In this document: positions 37,011 through 50,110 of the stretch, piece by piece
Layout of the letters: each line of letters begins with the position of its first letter
Numbering within the stretch: position 1 is the stretch's first letter
Origin: Eledone cirrhosa
Taxonomy: Eukaryota
Direction of reading: 5' to 3'
DNA length: 64,000 nucleotides
Assembly: GCA_964016885.1 (NCBI GenBank)
Contig: OZ024740.1
Location: 199,702,001-199,766,000, forward strand
Position numbers and translations under genes: made by a program
The notes under the pieces: model-generated
What the model was told of the DNA's origin: nothing
The model's database searches: none
The model's input: only the letters and a program-made list of their open reading frames with translations

Positions 37011-38378
37011 TATATTTACTTAAGACTTTTAATTATTTTAGAAAACTTAGCGATAAATCTTTCGATTCCTTCAATTCTTTAAACCTTCTTCATGAGTATA
37101 TAATTCATAATGTAATTAAACTACCTTAAAATGGTGATGCTCCCAATCTATTGAATAACATTTTTAAGCTAGATAAACTTCTATAATAAATATAAGAGCA
37201 TCTGTAGAACAACCGGGTATCCTAAAGTTTTTTTTTAATGATTTCTGCTGAATAAGTTTGGTGAATAATTTTGGTTTTGTTTGCTTTTGATTCTGATTGC
37301 TTCTAATGAACTTGGCAATATATTGTCAAATAAATTGGAAGGATTGATTGATATGCGGGGCACACTGTATGTTTTTTTACTGCCCTAGATATTCTGGGGA
37401 GTGAAATATTCTTGGTGTTTTTAATATTTGTTTATATTTTAATATATTGATATCTGTTCTATTCTATACTTGAACGATAATCATGTAAGAGAGGGCAAGA
37501 ATATTATTAATATTAATAGTGTATATTTTATATATATATGTATGTACATATATGTATGGTAGCATCTTTTTTAACGCAATGAAGATTTTCATGTGAAATA
37601 AAAATTTACAGAGCTGATCACGTAAACTCACATGTGTCTATAATGTCATTTTGAGATAACCTTCTCTTTTTCTTTCTCTTTTTTCTTTTTCTCTTTCTTC
37701 ATGGAAATACATATATACTTATGTATTTCAGTATTTTTTTGAAGTTTTATCACAGATTTTGATTGTAAACCTAAGAATTTTTAAACTAAACATATAGTCA
37801 TTATTTTTTCACACATTATTGATATGTGTCTCATTCATGAATATTGATATTTACATTATAATTCATAGGAATTGATAGACTGATAAAACATAATATTTTA
37901 AAACTATCATTTTTATTTCTAAGTATATCTCCTCTCCTCCTCCCTCTACACTTGACGGGACTTATGTATCGGCTGTTTTAACTCTATCTCCTGTATCTCA
38001 CCCCTCACCTATCTCTCCCACCTCGTATAATAGATATTACTCGATCTACCTCTCCTTATTTATTTTTGTTTTTATTTCTCCCCGTATACTTAACACTAAA
38101 TAAATAAATAAATAAACAAATAATTACAGTACCCCCTTCCCTCATAAATCTCTCATTTGGTGTTTTTCTCTTTACATACATTTCTTCATCTTCTTCACCT
38201 TCCGCTCTTTCTTTTTCTTTTTTCCTTCTTTTTTTTTCCTTCTTTTTCTTTTTTCTTTTTTTCTCCGTCTTTCTTTCTAACTGTCCTTAACATTTTCACT
38301 ACCATAACAACTTTTTAAATGGAAGTTGCAAAATGTTTAAGGTATGTTAAATTTATTTATAAAACTGTTTATATATTG

Positions 38379-38444
38379 TATTTTGTCTGAAGAGGGTATA
38401 CCATATTTTTAATATGATATCCCTGAAATATATATAATGAAATA
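38379..38444 (+). ncRNA. Type I hammerhead ribozyme motif in the pLTR
   Basis: TATTTTGT-CTGAAGA-gggtataccata...tatgatatccct-GAAA-TATATA-TA-ATGAAATA. Confidence 0.82.
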
Positions 38445-38484
38445 AATATGGTTTTATAAATGTAGTTTCCATTTGTTTAATATC

Positions 38485-38485
<1 letters not shown>

Positions 38486-38524
<39 letters not shown>

Positions 38525-38532
38525 ATATATAC

Positions 38533-38576
<44 letters not shown>

Positions 38577-38914
38577 TTATAAGTTTACATATATACACAT
38601 GTTTATACACATATATATACATATATATACATATACATATACATATATGTATAAATGGAATAGAATGAAACGAAATTTCATTTCTTACTGTTAGTATCGC
38701 ACTTACTTAAATGTAAGTATGTATGTATGTATAAGTACTTACATATACGTATATACGTATACATACATACATACTTACACATATATGTATATATATATCT
38801 ATATCTATACATATATATATACATATATATATATATACAGATATATATATATACTTATATACATATATATATATTTATAAGTCTGCATATATATATATAC
38901 ATATGTATATATAC

Positions 38915-38958
<44 letters not shown>

Positions 38959-39312
38959 GTATAAATATATGTATATGTATATGTATATATATATGTATAA
39001 TTATATATGTATATATATATATATATGTATATATACAGAATATATGTATATGTATATATATATTTATATATATATATATATATTTATTAAAATACATATA
39101 TATATATTTATAAGTCTGCATATATATATATACATATGTATATATACATATGTATATATATATATATATATATATACATATGTATATATATATGTATAAA
39201 TATATGTATATGTATATGTATATATATATATGTATAATTATATATGTATATATATATGTATATATACAGAATATATGTATATGTATATATATATTTATAT
39301 ATATATATATAT
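38486..39312. repeat. Compound (TA)n/(TATG)n microsatellite with a ~230-bp tandem duplication
   Basis: Marker motifs AAGTCTGC and TACAGAA each occur twice (about 38879/39112 and 39033/39265). Confidence 0.9.
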
Positions 39313-40329
39313 ATTTATTAAAATAACAAATTAAAGTTTAAGCAAAGAATCGCTGCTTTCACCCTTAACGGGATCTTCTGAAACTAACAAAGTCAATCTG
39401 TGAACGCAGAAGTGGATATTTCAAAAAACGTTGCAACCGGAGGAAGACAGGAAGACGACACTTTGGCTTGTGGAAACGTCCGCTGGCAAAGATCGGGAAA
39501 AAACGAATATAATACGTCATTAATAGGAGCGGTGAAAAACAATTACGCGCAATGACAGAACCACGTTTATGGTATAAAAGAGGTCGTAGACTAATGTTCT
39601 CTGAGGTGGTTCATAGAGACGTTCTCTGGCAATAAACGAAAAAAACGAAGATAATACGTCATATGTGGATCGTGGAGAACAATTGCACGCAAAGACAAAA
39701 CCACGTAAATGGTATAGCAGAAGTCGTAGACTAAAATTCCAACTAGGAGACCGAATGAATCTCCGCGTCAGAGTTAAGAACAAAGTAAATAAATACAATA
39801 CAGAAGTAATAGAAATTAAATAAATACATACACGCATACAAATATGTACATACACAAGCATACGCGAAAACACTTACCATAGGTATACAAAACCACGCAC
39901 ATATAAATATGTGTGTGTGTGTGTATGCATGTATAGAAATAAATAAATAATTAAATAAACGTATATAAATAAATAAATACGTATATAACAAGCGCACACA
40001 CATACCTACATGTAAATACACAAATGTTCGGAGAGGTAAGTCAACCAAACATGAAGTACACATATACACACACCCTACATACGTACGAACCTGTATACTC
40101 ACACAGACGCAAAACTCCCGTATACACATAACCAAACCATATGAACCAGAATATATAAAAATTATACGCCATAACATATACAATCAAATATACGTACGAG
40201 AAGGTATACGTACCTTCACAAAACACACAGGTAAAACATACTTACCTATGCAAATAAGTAATGGTATAAAAAAAACATATACTTAGCTACCACATCAAGA
40301 CGTAAAATATCCACGTTTAGATTGTACTA

Positions 40330-42490
40330 TCCGTTAGTGAAGAAAGTGGGGCTGTAATACAGGAAAGTGCTGTGCAATTTATGTTTACAACCGTTATTGC
40401 CTCAGATTTTTTGTTTAAGATGTGGTCTGTGGCGTAGAGTATTTCCAGGGCCTTTGCGGCGCAGAGGTCACATGGTCTTTTATTTCCGTTATACGATCTA
40501 GTCCTAGCTAGGATCTCCCAGTGCAACTTATATTGGGTGTGGTTGTCTTTTAGACTCCAGATATAAGCTGAAAATGAAGTCATATTCCTTCTTTGAGGGT
40601 AACGAAAAGAATGGGTATGCATGTAAAGACGCTGCTTGAATTTATTGGCTGTTAACCCTACTTAGGCCCTACCGGACGTGGGTGTTTCAACCTTACATTT
40701 GTAGACAATGTTACTAGAGAGGGATTTCCCGGATAGGGGGCAATCAACCCGATTCCTACAATTAAAATTAGTACTAACTACAGGGTTGCACGTGTTCCTA
40801 CGGCTAGGTAGTTTAGCTAAATTTGAAGCTGTGAAGTTATGTGCAAGGTTAGGAGTCGTAGAGTAAGAAAGTTTAATAGTATTTCTATTTAAAGATTTTC
40901 CTATATTTATATGTAGGGGGAATTTCCTATATTTTATGTGTAGGGGATTTTCATAATTTATCCTTCGTAATAAGGGAAAGAAACATCTTAGCTAATGGTG
41001 TGGCCACCTCCATATTAAATGATGGGTTATACCAACAAATGCGACGGGATCTATTTCTTCTAGGTCTATTTTCGTACTCAGTATATGCTACCTTATCGAC
41101 AAATCCACTCCGAGCAAGAGCTTCATTTTAATAAGTGGAATGGTCGTTGAAAATATGCTCGTTAGTAGATAGACGGAAAAACCTCAACGAAACAATTCTT
41201 ACCAGGTTCTTGGTTATGCTGGCAGGATGGTTGGAATGTTTACCTATGTAATTAAGCGTATCATTCGGCTTTCTATACGGGTAATACAACCCATTCAATA
41301 AATTGAGGGTAACGTCGAGGTAATTAACGACCGAGAGATCGGCCTCAACCTGTATAGCGAGGTTGAAGCCTTTAAAGAAGGCTGTGAGTTCTTTTCTGAA
41401 CCTGTCGCAAGCACGAGGTTCGCACTTAGTCATGGTCAAAAGACAATCATCACGGTACAAACCACCGCCCGCGTTGGGGAATTCGTCCTTGATAGAGAAA
41501 ATAAGGAAAAGACCGATAAGATCAGTAACCTCCGCAGAATCACTGGCGCCCATACTCACGTCGAATGGGGTACTATTAGATTTTTTTATCCAAATAATTC
41601 GTCGAAATTAATCACCAACATACGGGCATTGAGGATGACATCAACTTCGAAATCCTTAACCACTGTGAGTGTTTTAGCGAAATTGTTAGCTCTAAGGAGA
41701 AGTGGTAAAGTGATGGAGGAGTAGTAATTGTTGATGTCGAATTGGATAAAACGGCAATGTTCCTTGTTACATATGCCGTTGAACCAATCAATCACCGCGA
41801 AAGAATTGTTCCACAGTGTAAGAGGGGCTAAACTTTTAATTTCAGGTATAATTCTATGAAGAATCCTTTTACTAAGTCTACCTAAATCGGACTTCGTAGG
41901 GTTAATAAGCCGAATAGAGGGGTTGTTCGCAAAATTCGATGTGTGATCCTTCAGGGTAAAGTGGGGATAAATAGGGTCCAGAGGTTCGGTCCGGTCCAGG
42001 ATATTGAGATCAGATGTGATTTTAAACCCAGCATCGTTGATTTCATTGATGACGCAGCGATTAGTTTTACGGTAATCCTTAGTTACAGCATTATGTAGTA
42101 GTTGATGGTAAGTACTGCGCTACACTTGATATAGGTTGCCAGTCTTGTCGGAATGGAAGTGCACGGCATTAGAATCCTTAATAGAACGAATTCTATTCTT
42201 CAGGTCCTGCTGGAAGGAATTGCTCCTATTCCGAAATTTGATACTCCGAATGAGTTCCAATACATCATTTTCGAAGGGTTGCAATGCTGGGTTACACGGG
42301 GTGTTATAATAGGTTTTAAATCCAAATTATTCTGTTTGTTGTCTGCTTTACGCGGATTATCGAAATAAAGGGCACGCCAACGCAACCTGTTAATGAACGC
42401 ATCTGTTTTCTGTATCAAGAGTTTTAGGTATGTTTTCTTGCTTGGTACGGGTATGTTCTTTGTAGAAATATTCACATGTTGTTTCTGCAT
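40330..42490 (-). pseudogene. PLE ORF (N-terminus, RT, GIY-YIG), decayed
   Basis: MQKQHVNISTKNIPVPS..INRLRWRALYFD; HSDKTGN; LKDH; IQFDINNYYSSI; MGASDSAEV; GGGLYRDDCLL; NIVYKCKV; CDLCAA.ALEIL. Confidence 0.92.
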
Positions 42491-44125
42491 GATGAATATA
42501 AGTCAATAGAGTGCTCAACCGAGGGAGCCAAATAGTAATAATAATAAATTTGAAGACTAAAATCCAAAGAGGGCTCGATAAGGATAAATATATATCAAAT
42601 ATATAAGAACCGTAGAGCAAATATTTATTAAAATAACAGATTAAAATTTAAGAAAAGAATCGCTGCTTTCACCCTTAACGGGATCTTCAAATTTAGCTAA
42701 ACTACCTAGCCGTAGGAACACGTGCAACCCTGTAGTTAGTACTAACTGTAATTGTAGGAATCGGGTTGATTGCCCCCTATCCGGGAAATCCCTCTCTAGT
42801 AACATTGTCTACAAATGTAAGTTTGAAACACCCACGTCCCGTTGGGCCTACACAGGGTTAACTGCCAATAGATTCAAGCAGCGTCTTTACATGCATACCC
42901 ATTCTTTTCGTTACCCTCAAAGAAGGAATATGACGTCACTTTCAGCTTATATCTGGAGTCTAAAAGACAACCACACCCAATATAAGTTACACTGGGAGAT
43001 CCTAGCTAGCACTAGATCGTATAACGGAAATAAAAGACCATGTGACCTCTGCGCCGCTGAGGCTCTGGAAATACTCTACGCCACAGACCACACCTTAAAC
43101 AAAAAATCTGAGGCAATTTCGGCTTGTAAACATAAATTGCACAAACATTTCCTGTATTACAGCCCCAGGTTATACCCTAACGGAGAGTACGATCTATACG
43201 TGGATATTTTACGTCTTGATGTGGTAGCTAAGTATATGTTTTGTTTATACCATTACTTATTTGCATAGGTAAGTATATTTTACCTGTATGTTTTGTGAAT
43301 GTACGTATACCTTCTCGTACGTATATTTGATTGTATATGTTATGGTGTATAATTTTTATATATTCTGGTACATATGGTTTGGTTATGTGTATACGGGAAT
43401 TTTGCGTCTGTGTGAGTATGCAGGTTCGTACGTATGTAGGGTGTGTGTATATGTGTACTTCATGTTTGGTTGACTTACATCTCCGAACATTTGTGTATTT
43501 ACATGTAGGTATGTGTGTGCGCTTGTTATATACGTATTTATTTATTTATATACGTTTATTTAATTATTTATTTATTTCTATACATGCATACACACACACA
43601 CATATTTATATTGCGTGGTTTTGTATACCTATGGTAAGTGTTTTCGCGTATGCTTGTGTATGTACATATTTGTATGCGTGTATGTATTTATTTAATTTCT
43701 ATTACTTCTGTATTGTATTTATTTACTTTGTTCTTAACTCTGACGCGGAGATTCATTCGGTCTCCTAGTTGGAATTTTAGTCTACGACTTCTGCTATACC
43801 ATTTACGTGGTTTTGTCTTTGCGTGCAATTGTTCTCCACAGCCCACATATGACGTATTATCTTCGTTTTTTTCGTTCATTGCTAGAGAACGTCTCTATGA
43901 ACCACCTAAGAGAACATTAGTCTACGACCTCTTTTATACCATAAATGTGGTTCTGTCTTTGCGCGCAATTGTTTTTCACCGCTCCTATTAATGACGTATT
44001 ATATTCGTTTTTTCCCGTTCTTTGCCAGCGAACGTTTCCACGAGCTAAAGTATCGTCTTCCTGTCTTCCTCCGGTTGCAACGTTTTTTGAAATATCCACT
44101 TCTGCGTTTACAGATTGACTTTGTT

Positions 44126-44176
44126 AGTTTCAGAAGATCCCGTAAAGTGTGAAAGCAGCGATTCTTTGCTTAAACT
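44126..44176 (+). ncRNA. Hammerhead-like fold with variant core CAGAAGA (mirror copy at 39335-39385, - strand)
   Basis: AGTTT-CAGAAGA-tCCCgttaaGGGt-GAAA-GCA-gcgattctt-TGC-TT-AAACT (sequence of the 39335-39385 copy; this copy has two helix II substitutions). Confidence 0.6.
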
Positions 44177-44665
44177 TTAATCTGTTATTTTAATAAATAT
44201 TTGCTCTACGGTTCTTATATATTTGATATATATTTACCCTTATCGAGTCCTCTTTGTATTTTAGTCTTCAAATTTATTATTTTTACTATATATATATATA
44301 TATATCTGTATGTATATATATATATATATATATATACATATACTAGCCGTTTAGCCCGGCGTTGCTCTTGTTTATTCATTTGCTATGAACGCTTACATAC
44401 AGGTAAACGTAGCTTGAAAGCGAATAAGCTCATCAATTAAGTGCATAAAGCAATTGAACCGGTTATTAAAAGTTACGAACCAATTAGCATGTTGGACAAT
44501 CAATGATGTGTTAATAATCTTACAATAGCGTATTTAGCAGACCAAAGAAGCCAGATGGTGGCCCTGGTGCCACTGGGTGTCACACCTCTCCGCCATGAGT
44601 GACCCTACCAGGAAATAGTTTTCCAGACGGCATAGCTCCAACACCTCCATCATCTGCACCAACAT

Positions 44666-46975
44666 CTATAGCACCTCTTTGTAGACGATATTGCGTGCCA
44701 TCCCTTGTGGAGAGTAAGCAAAAAGTGTATTCCTGCTCCCTACGTGGGAACAGGCAACATAAAGTTGACCATGGGAGAAGCATGGCTCCCCCAAATGGAT
44801 GCCCGCCACCGACAATGTTAGACCTTGTGACTTGTTAATGGACATGGCAAAACATGGTCTCATCGGGAATTGGGATCGCCGGAAATCGAACGGGATATCT
44901 GACGCCGAAGAGAAAGGGTTCATCCTTGGATGAAAACATTATCCCCTCTCCCGCACCTCGTTACAATGGTGGCCTCAATCAAGTGGACCGACATCTTGTC
45001 ACCATGCAAATGATCATGCATATTCTGCTCATGTACAAAGTCTTCACCTGGGGCCACAACGTGGACGACTTAACACAGGCACGCACTTCATCTTTGGGGA
45101 TGACAGGCAGCGTTTGCCGAAAATCCCCTGATAGCAGGAGGGTTACGCCACCCATAGGAGCCGTAGAATCCCTAATGTCTTTCATGGTCTTGTCCAATGC
45201 CTCAAGGGGACTCTTGTGTGCCATTGTGCACTCATCCCAAACAATGAGGCAACATTTTTTGAGAACCAGAGTTTCGTGTGAGCTCTTTCTGTTAGTGCAT
45301 GTTTGTGTCTCAGTTTTTACTAAATCCAAGGGTAGTTTAAAGGTTGAATGTGGTGTCCTGCCTCCCGGCAGCAAAGTAGCAGCGGTCCCGGACGATGCAA
45401 CAGCCAACGCAATTTTTTACTCCTGACGAATCTTAGCGGGAATCAATTTTGTTACAAAAGTTTTTCCGGTACCCCTAGGAGCATCGAGAAAGTAAATACC
45501 CCCAGTCTGATTTTGAACCGCGTCAATGATAGTTAAATAGGCCAACATTTGGTCCGACAGATGTTTGGGGTCATTTTCCTCTAAGTATTGGGAAAGAGAT
45601 TCGATGTCATATGCTGTTTCCCGCAACAAATCCGGGGCCAACGTGTTAGCTTCATCTGTAACGGTTGACGGCAAGTCATACGTCGCCAACTCACTCCCAC
45701 CCATGTCAAAGAGGGCGTCCTCGATATCAATGAGTGCCCTGTTAGAGATAATGTCGCTGTAAGCAATTTCCACTGAAGAATACTGCAGATGAGCCAGGCG
45801 GAGGAAATCCTCAGACATGAAGTCTCTGTACTTGATCCATAAAGATGTGGGATCACCCAATTCACACTTTTGAAGCAAAATGGCAAAGAGTTCCCGTAGA
45901 CCTTTAGGTGATTTCAACAAAGTACCCTCTGCTAAAGTGGAATCCCTTTGCGAATCATCTTCCAAAAGACCACGCTTAAAGCAGGCTTCCCGGTATGTAT
46001 CACATATTTCTCCATCAAAAGTGTTGAGGTCCTGAAAACTTTGTGGGCCTACAACTTCATGCAGAAGAAGGCGGAGATGAAAGCACTCATGCTGACTTAA
46101 GGGCACAGTGTAAACCCTTCCAAGACAGCTGTCAAATTTTACACCAGGATGTCTTTCAACAGCCTGACCTGATTTCTTCGCACCCAAGTTTTTTTCGACC
46201 ATATAATGTCGGATGGAACCTGGGAGTACCCAATTGTTTGTGCAAATGTATCGAACTGGCAAAGTTTGAAGAAACCTGTGAGAGTGGTCTCTTTCGGATC
46301 GGCGGCCAGCTTGGCAGCGGTTTGGTCTGTAAAGTAAACCCTTTGCCCATTTTTCCAAATGTACTGCAAGCTGTAGGATGGCGTTGGTGTAGGGAGAAAG
46401 CAAATAGGCATTAAAAAGCTTCATTGCTACTGATGTACCGCCCCGCCAGGTATTTTGTGCCCTAATCAGAGCCCTTATTTAGATATTTGCATATGTATTT
46501 TATAGACTTGACGGAGTGGGCGTTTAACATCTTGAAGCGCAGCGAGCAGTAAGGGACCACCAATCTACTGTCGACTTGACCTCCCTTTACTGTTGTGGTG
46601 AAGCCACCGTTCTCGGGCCGTCTCCGCCTGTATAGTGTGTACCCATCGCCACCAGTCTGAGTCTCGTCAACAAATGTTTGGTGGTATCCATATAGCTTTG
46701 ACGATGTCATGTAATTCTTGGTCAGTTGCTGGGTTAGGGATTTCAGCCGAAATGAAGCTGTCGATGGCATTTGAATTGATTTTATCAGCTAACCAAATCA
46801 AAATGTGAGCATGAGGCAGCCCTCGTGTTTGCCATTCGAAGGTGAACATGTCACATTTTACAGACCCAAATACCTGACCTTTTTTATTAAAGCCACGAGC
46901 TTAGCCAGTTTCAGTCTGAACGCTCTGGCAAGAAGGTCATGTCTGTTCGAATAATTTTGTCCAGGAAAAAGGTTC
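44666..46975 (-). pseudogene. Helitron Rep/PIF1-helicase fragments
   Basis: EWQTRGLPHAHILIWL (HUH); SIKYICKYLNKGSD; LAVHLE; FLDAPRGTGKTF; AVASSGTAATLL; IVWDECTM; GDFRQTLPV; QFP...FAMSINKSQG; FSHGQLYVACS; NIVYKEVL*. Confidence 0.93.
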
Positions 46976-47089
46976 ACGGGTTACATTCCGATTCATATGT
47001 CTATAGCATTAATCTGTTATATGAAGTGTTATTTTGTGGGTTGTTATTTGCAATAAGCCGATTGAAAATGCCCCAGATAAGCCGTGTGT

Positions 47090-47540
47090 CAATACGGAAC
47101 GCTCAGTACGGAACGCTTAATACCGAACGCTCCACTGAAGTGTTGTCATATAGGGAGTGAAGAGCGACAGAGAGAGTAAAACAGTTAAATTATAGAGTGG
47201 AAGAATATACGGAACGCTCCATTTGATCATATACATTGTTTCTCTCCCTGCAGTGTTGTCATATAGGGAGTGAAGAGACACAGAGAGAGTAAAACAGTTA
47301 AATTATAGAGAGGGGAATATACGGAACGCTCTATTTGATCATATACATTGTCTCTCTCTTGGCAGTGTTGTCATATAGGGAGTGAAGAGCGACAGAGAGA
47401 GTAAAGCAGGTAAATTATAGAGAGGGGAAATATACGGAACGCTCCATTTGATCATATACATTGTTTCTCTCCCTGAAGTGTTGCCATATAGGGTGTGAAG
47501 AGCGACAGAGTGAATAAAGCAGTTAAATTCTAGAGAGGTG
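47090..47540. repeat. ~111-bp minisatellite (about 4 units) inside the Helitron
   Basis: Unit ATACGGAACGCTCCATTTGATCATATACATTG...GTGTTGTCATATAGGGAGTGAAGAG...TAAATTATAGAG starts at about 47208, 47319 and 47432; preceded by three short TACGGAACGCT copies. Confidence 0.9.
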
Positions 47541-48336
47541 GTTATTGTTACGTTTGTTTTATAAATTCATCTGTTGCTTTTGAATATTTGTTATTTGATG
47601 TAAAATGTAACGTTGAGAGAGCAGTATGTATTTAGTGTTATCAGCTTTTTAAATGTTGATATTTGATGTATGAGTGTCGTTATGACTGTAGAGAGGTGGG
47701 ATAATCTATTGTAGAGAGAGGGAAGAGCAACGGAGAGAGTAAAGCTATGGCTGTTGTGTTGCTCAGGATTCAAAGTTTGTGTCGCGTTCCTTCAAAAGAA
47801 GGTTTGTTGTTCTAAACTGTAAAGGGTAGTAGACGGAGGCAGTAACCTTTTAAAGAGAGTTGCAGAGGAGATTGAGGGGGGAGTAGAGAGAGTGATGAAC
47901 CTTTTAAAGAGAGTCGTAGATGAGATTGAGAGTGGAGTAGAGGAAAAATTTGAACCTTTTAAAGAGAGTTGCAACATGTTTGTAGTTTCATATATATTTT
48001 GATGGTAGCAGTGAGAGGAATGAAGCGTGTAAGAGAGAGGGTTACAGCATGTATTTAGTTTTATCGATTTTTTTTCATAGACGCAGGGCATTTTTGGCAG
48101 AAATAATTTCGCGTTGACCTGCGCTGGTAAATTTGGAGCACATTGGAAAAAATCATCAAAATCGGTAATGTGAAAATGCATAAAAATCATACACACACAC
48201 AGACAGACATCTACCGTTTTATATATATAGAGATGTATATGAATATATATGTATATATATATATACTGTATATGTGTGTCTATGTGAGTGCGTGTGTACA
48301 TATATATGTATATGTAGATATATATATAATATTTAT

Positions 48337-48464
<128 letters not shown>

Positions 48465-48477
48465 ATATTATAGATAT

Positions 48478-48727
48478 ATTTCTTTATTAGCCACAGGGGC
48501 ACAAAAGAAGGGGACAAATACAAAGGGGGAAGTTTACATACAATAAAAACGTGTAAAATGTTATCACAGATGGAATTTAAAAGTTAGTCGATTTTCCCCA
48601 ATAGAGGGAGACAGTTTATATGGGTAACACATACCCCCGAAAAAAATGTGCAACCCTCATCTCCAGGAGTACGAAGAGCTTGTACTCCTTTCCTCTCCTC
48701 CTCCTTTTCCTCAATCTACAGGCTGAA
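48478..48727 (-). mobile_element. 3' UTR fragment of a Tx1/L1 relative
   Basis: Minus CCCCTGTGGCTAATAAAGA resembles CCCTTGTGGCCAATAAAGA at about 10470; CTGTAGATTGAGGAAAAGGA resembles about 10186-10206. Confidence 0.6.
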
Positions 48728-48738
48728 GATAGATAGAT

Positions 48739-48800
<62 letters not shown>

Positions 48801-49113
48801 CTCTGTGGGTATCATTTCAGTTTTGATTGCTAGGGATTATTTACATATCTACTGAATTCCATGTGCTATGTTAATCCATGTGTTCACTTCACACAGTTAG
48901 TATAGAACTATATGCAAATTAACAAAGAACATCTGGTTTTGAGCTAGCTGCATATTTACTGCAACCCTAACGACGGAACATGACTTATATCAAAACACAA
49001 ACCACAAAATAAATATGTCCGTTAGAAATATGGATAAATATGCAACAGAAATATATGCTATAGAAAATACAGTTACATTAGAAAGGAAACTTCGACATGT
49101 TATATAAGTGTAA

Positions 49114-49247
49114 AATAATAATTGTTTCTACTTCTGGCACAAGGCCAGCAATTTAAACAGGGGTGGAATGTCGATTAAATCGACTCCAGTGATTGCAGGT
49201 GCTTTATTTTATCGAACCTGTAAGGATGAAACGCAAAGCTAACCTCG
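49114..49247 (-). mobile_element. SINE, 3' half
   Basis: GGCACAAGGCCAGCAAT...TTTTATCGA...AAGGATGAAA homologous to 30234-30421. Confidence 0.7.
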
Positions 49248-49399
49248 TTGGTCGAAAAGCATTGTGAGCAATACAAAAGTAAAGGGCCGTGTGGTTTTAC
49301 TTATAAAAGCGTGTAATATGCTGGATATCCATTATGAATAAAGGCTGAAAAATTCGAGAAAGTATAAATCCCAAATATACAGAAGCATCATGCAGGCCT

Positions 49400-50110
49400 C
49401 ATTTCGAAACCCCACCGATAGAAAGCAACTCTCAACACCAACAACACAATAGGAATATACCCGTCTGGTGCATTCTTTGGTCTACAGGCGCATTTACTCG
49501 TTCGGATCATTCTCGCTACATTCACCCACCTTTTAACAAATATACTGGATTATAAGTACTACCATCTCCGCATTCACATTTGTTTCGGAATTTCCACTGA
49601 GCACATTGTCCGATTGGTAGAGTGTAGTGAGCACCTAACAACATTCCAGAAGCCAGGCGCTCGCACTCGGTCTTCGTTTAACCCACAATTGCATCTCACT
49701 CAAAAAGACGAGCTGCGGAAATACGTACCTGACAATAAGCGATCACATGTATTCACCGGTGAGGAATATCAGGAGATGACAGCCTTAACGGATAATTGCC
49801 GATCATCAACCACGGAATGCCCATTGCTGTGCCTGAAGGATGTTGGCAGTAGATAGACAACCACATTAGTGCAATCTCTTCATATTTACCTGGTTCCTCG
49901 TACAGAACCACAATCGGAACATCTTTTCTAGGTGCCGAGCTACAAATCCGTGAATTTATCCTGGTCGATTTAGATTCCGTCAAAGTTTCATATTCCTCTA
50001 AAAAGTTAGCGACCAACCCCAGTTACAAGGTGTTCGCTACCGTTATGGTGATATCATCCGCATATGCCGACATACACCCGAAATCGAGAAGAATTATTTG
50101 CAACACCTTC
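49400..50110 (-). pseudogene. Ancient Tx1/L1 RT fragment
   Basis: Minus MSAYADDITITVAN at about 50030-50075, then FLEEYETLT, paralleling SAYADDVTVVV..ALKEYEAVIG of the element at about 8820; boundaries uncertain. Confidence 0.65.

Larger units (their letters stand above)
34449..38487 (+). mobile_element. PLE (Hydra-type), 5'-truncated, with ~745-bp inverted 3' UTR/pLTR
   Basis: ORF at 35281-37010; 34538-35281 is the near-identical reverse complement of 37736-38487; the left arm has an extra ~90-bp tail; (TA)n on both sides. Confidence 0.95.
39311..44287 (-). mobile_element. Full-length PLE (Hydra-type) with partial 5' direct pLTR and a 1.5-kb inverted 3' copy
   Basis: Minus-strand ORF remnants at 40330-42490; 42621-42688 directly repeats 39311-39378; 42685-44200 is the reverse complement of 39311-40828; 44200-44285 is the reverse complement of the 5' UTR at about 42540-42620; (TA)n on both sides. 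Confidence 0.95.
44343..48233 (-). mobile_element. Helitron with both termini and a decayed, internally deleted RepHel
   Basis: 5' A|TCTCTATATATATAAAA at about 48233; 3' GCAACGCCGGG...CTAG|T at 44343; Rep and PIF1 helicase motifs inside. Confidence 0.9.

Noticed and set aside
34538-38487. Long terminal inverted repeats suggesting a DNA transposon or Polinton
   Set aside because: The arms are the PLE's own 3' UTR/pLTR; the internal ORF is RT + GIY-YIG with no transposase, integrase or PolB.
47090-47540. CRISPR-like regular repeats
   Set aside because: The whole unit is repeated with no unique spacers, there are no cas genes, and the context is a eukaryotic Helitron; it is a minisatellite.
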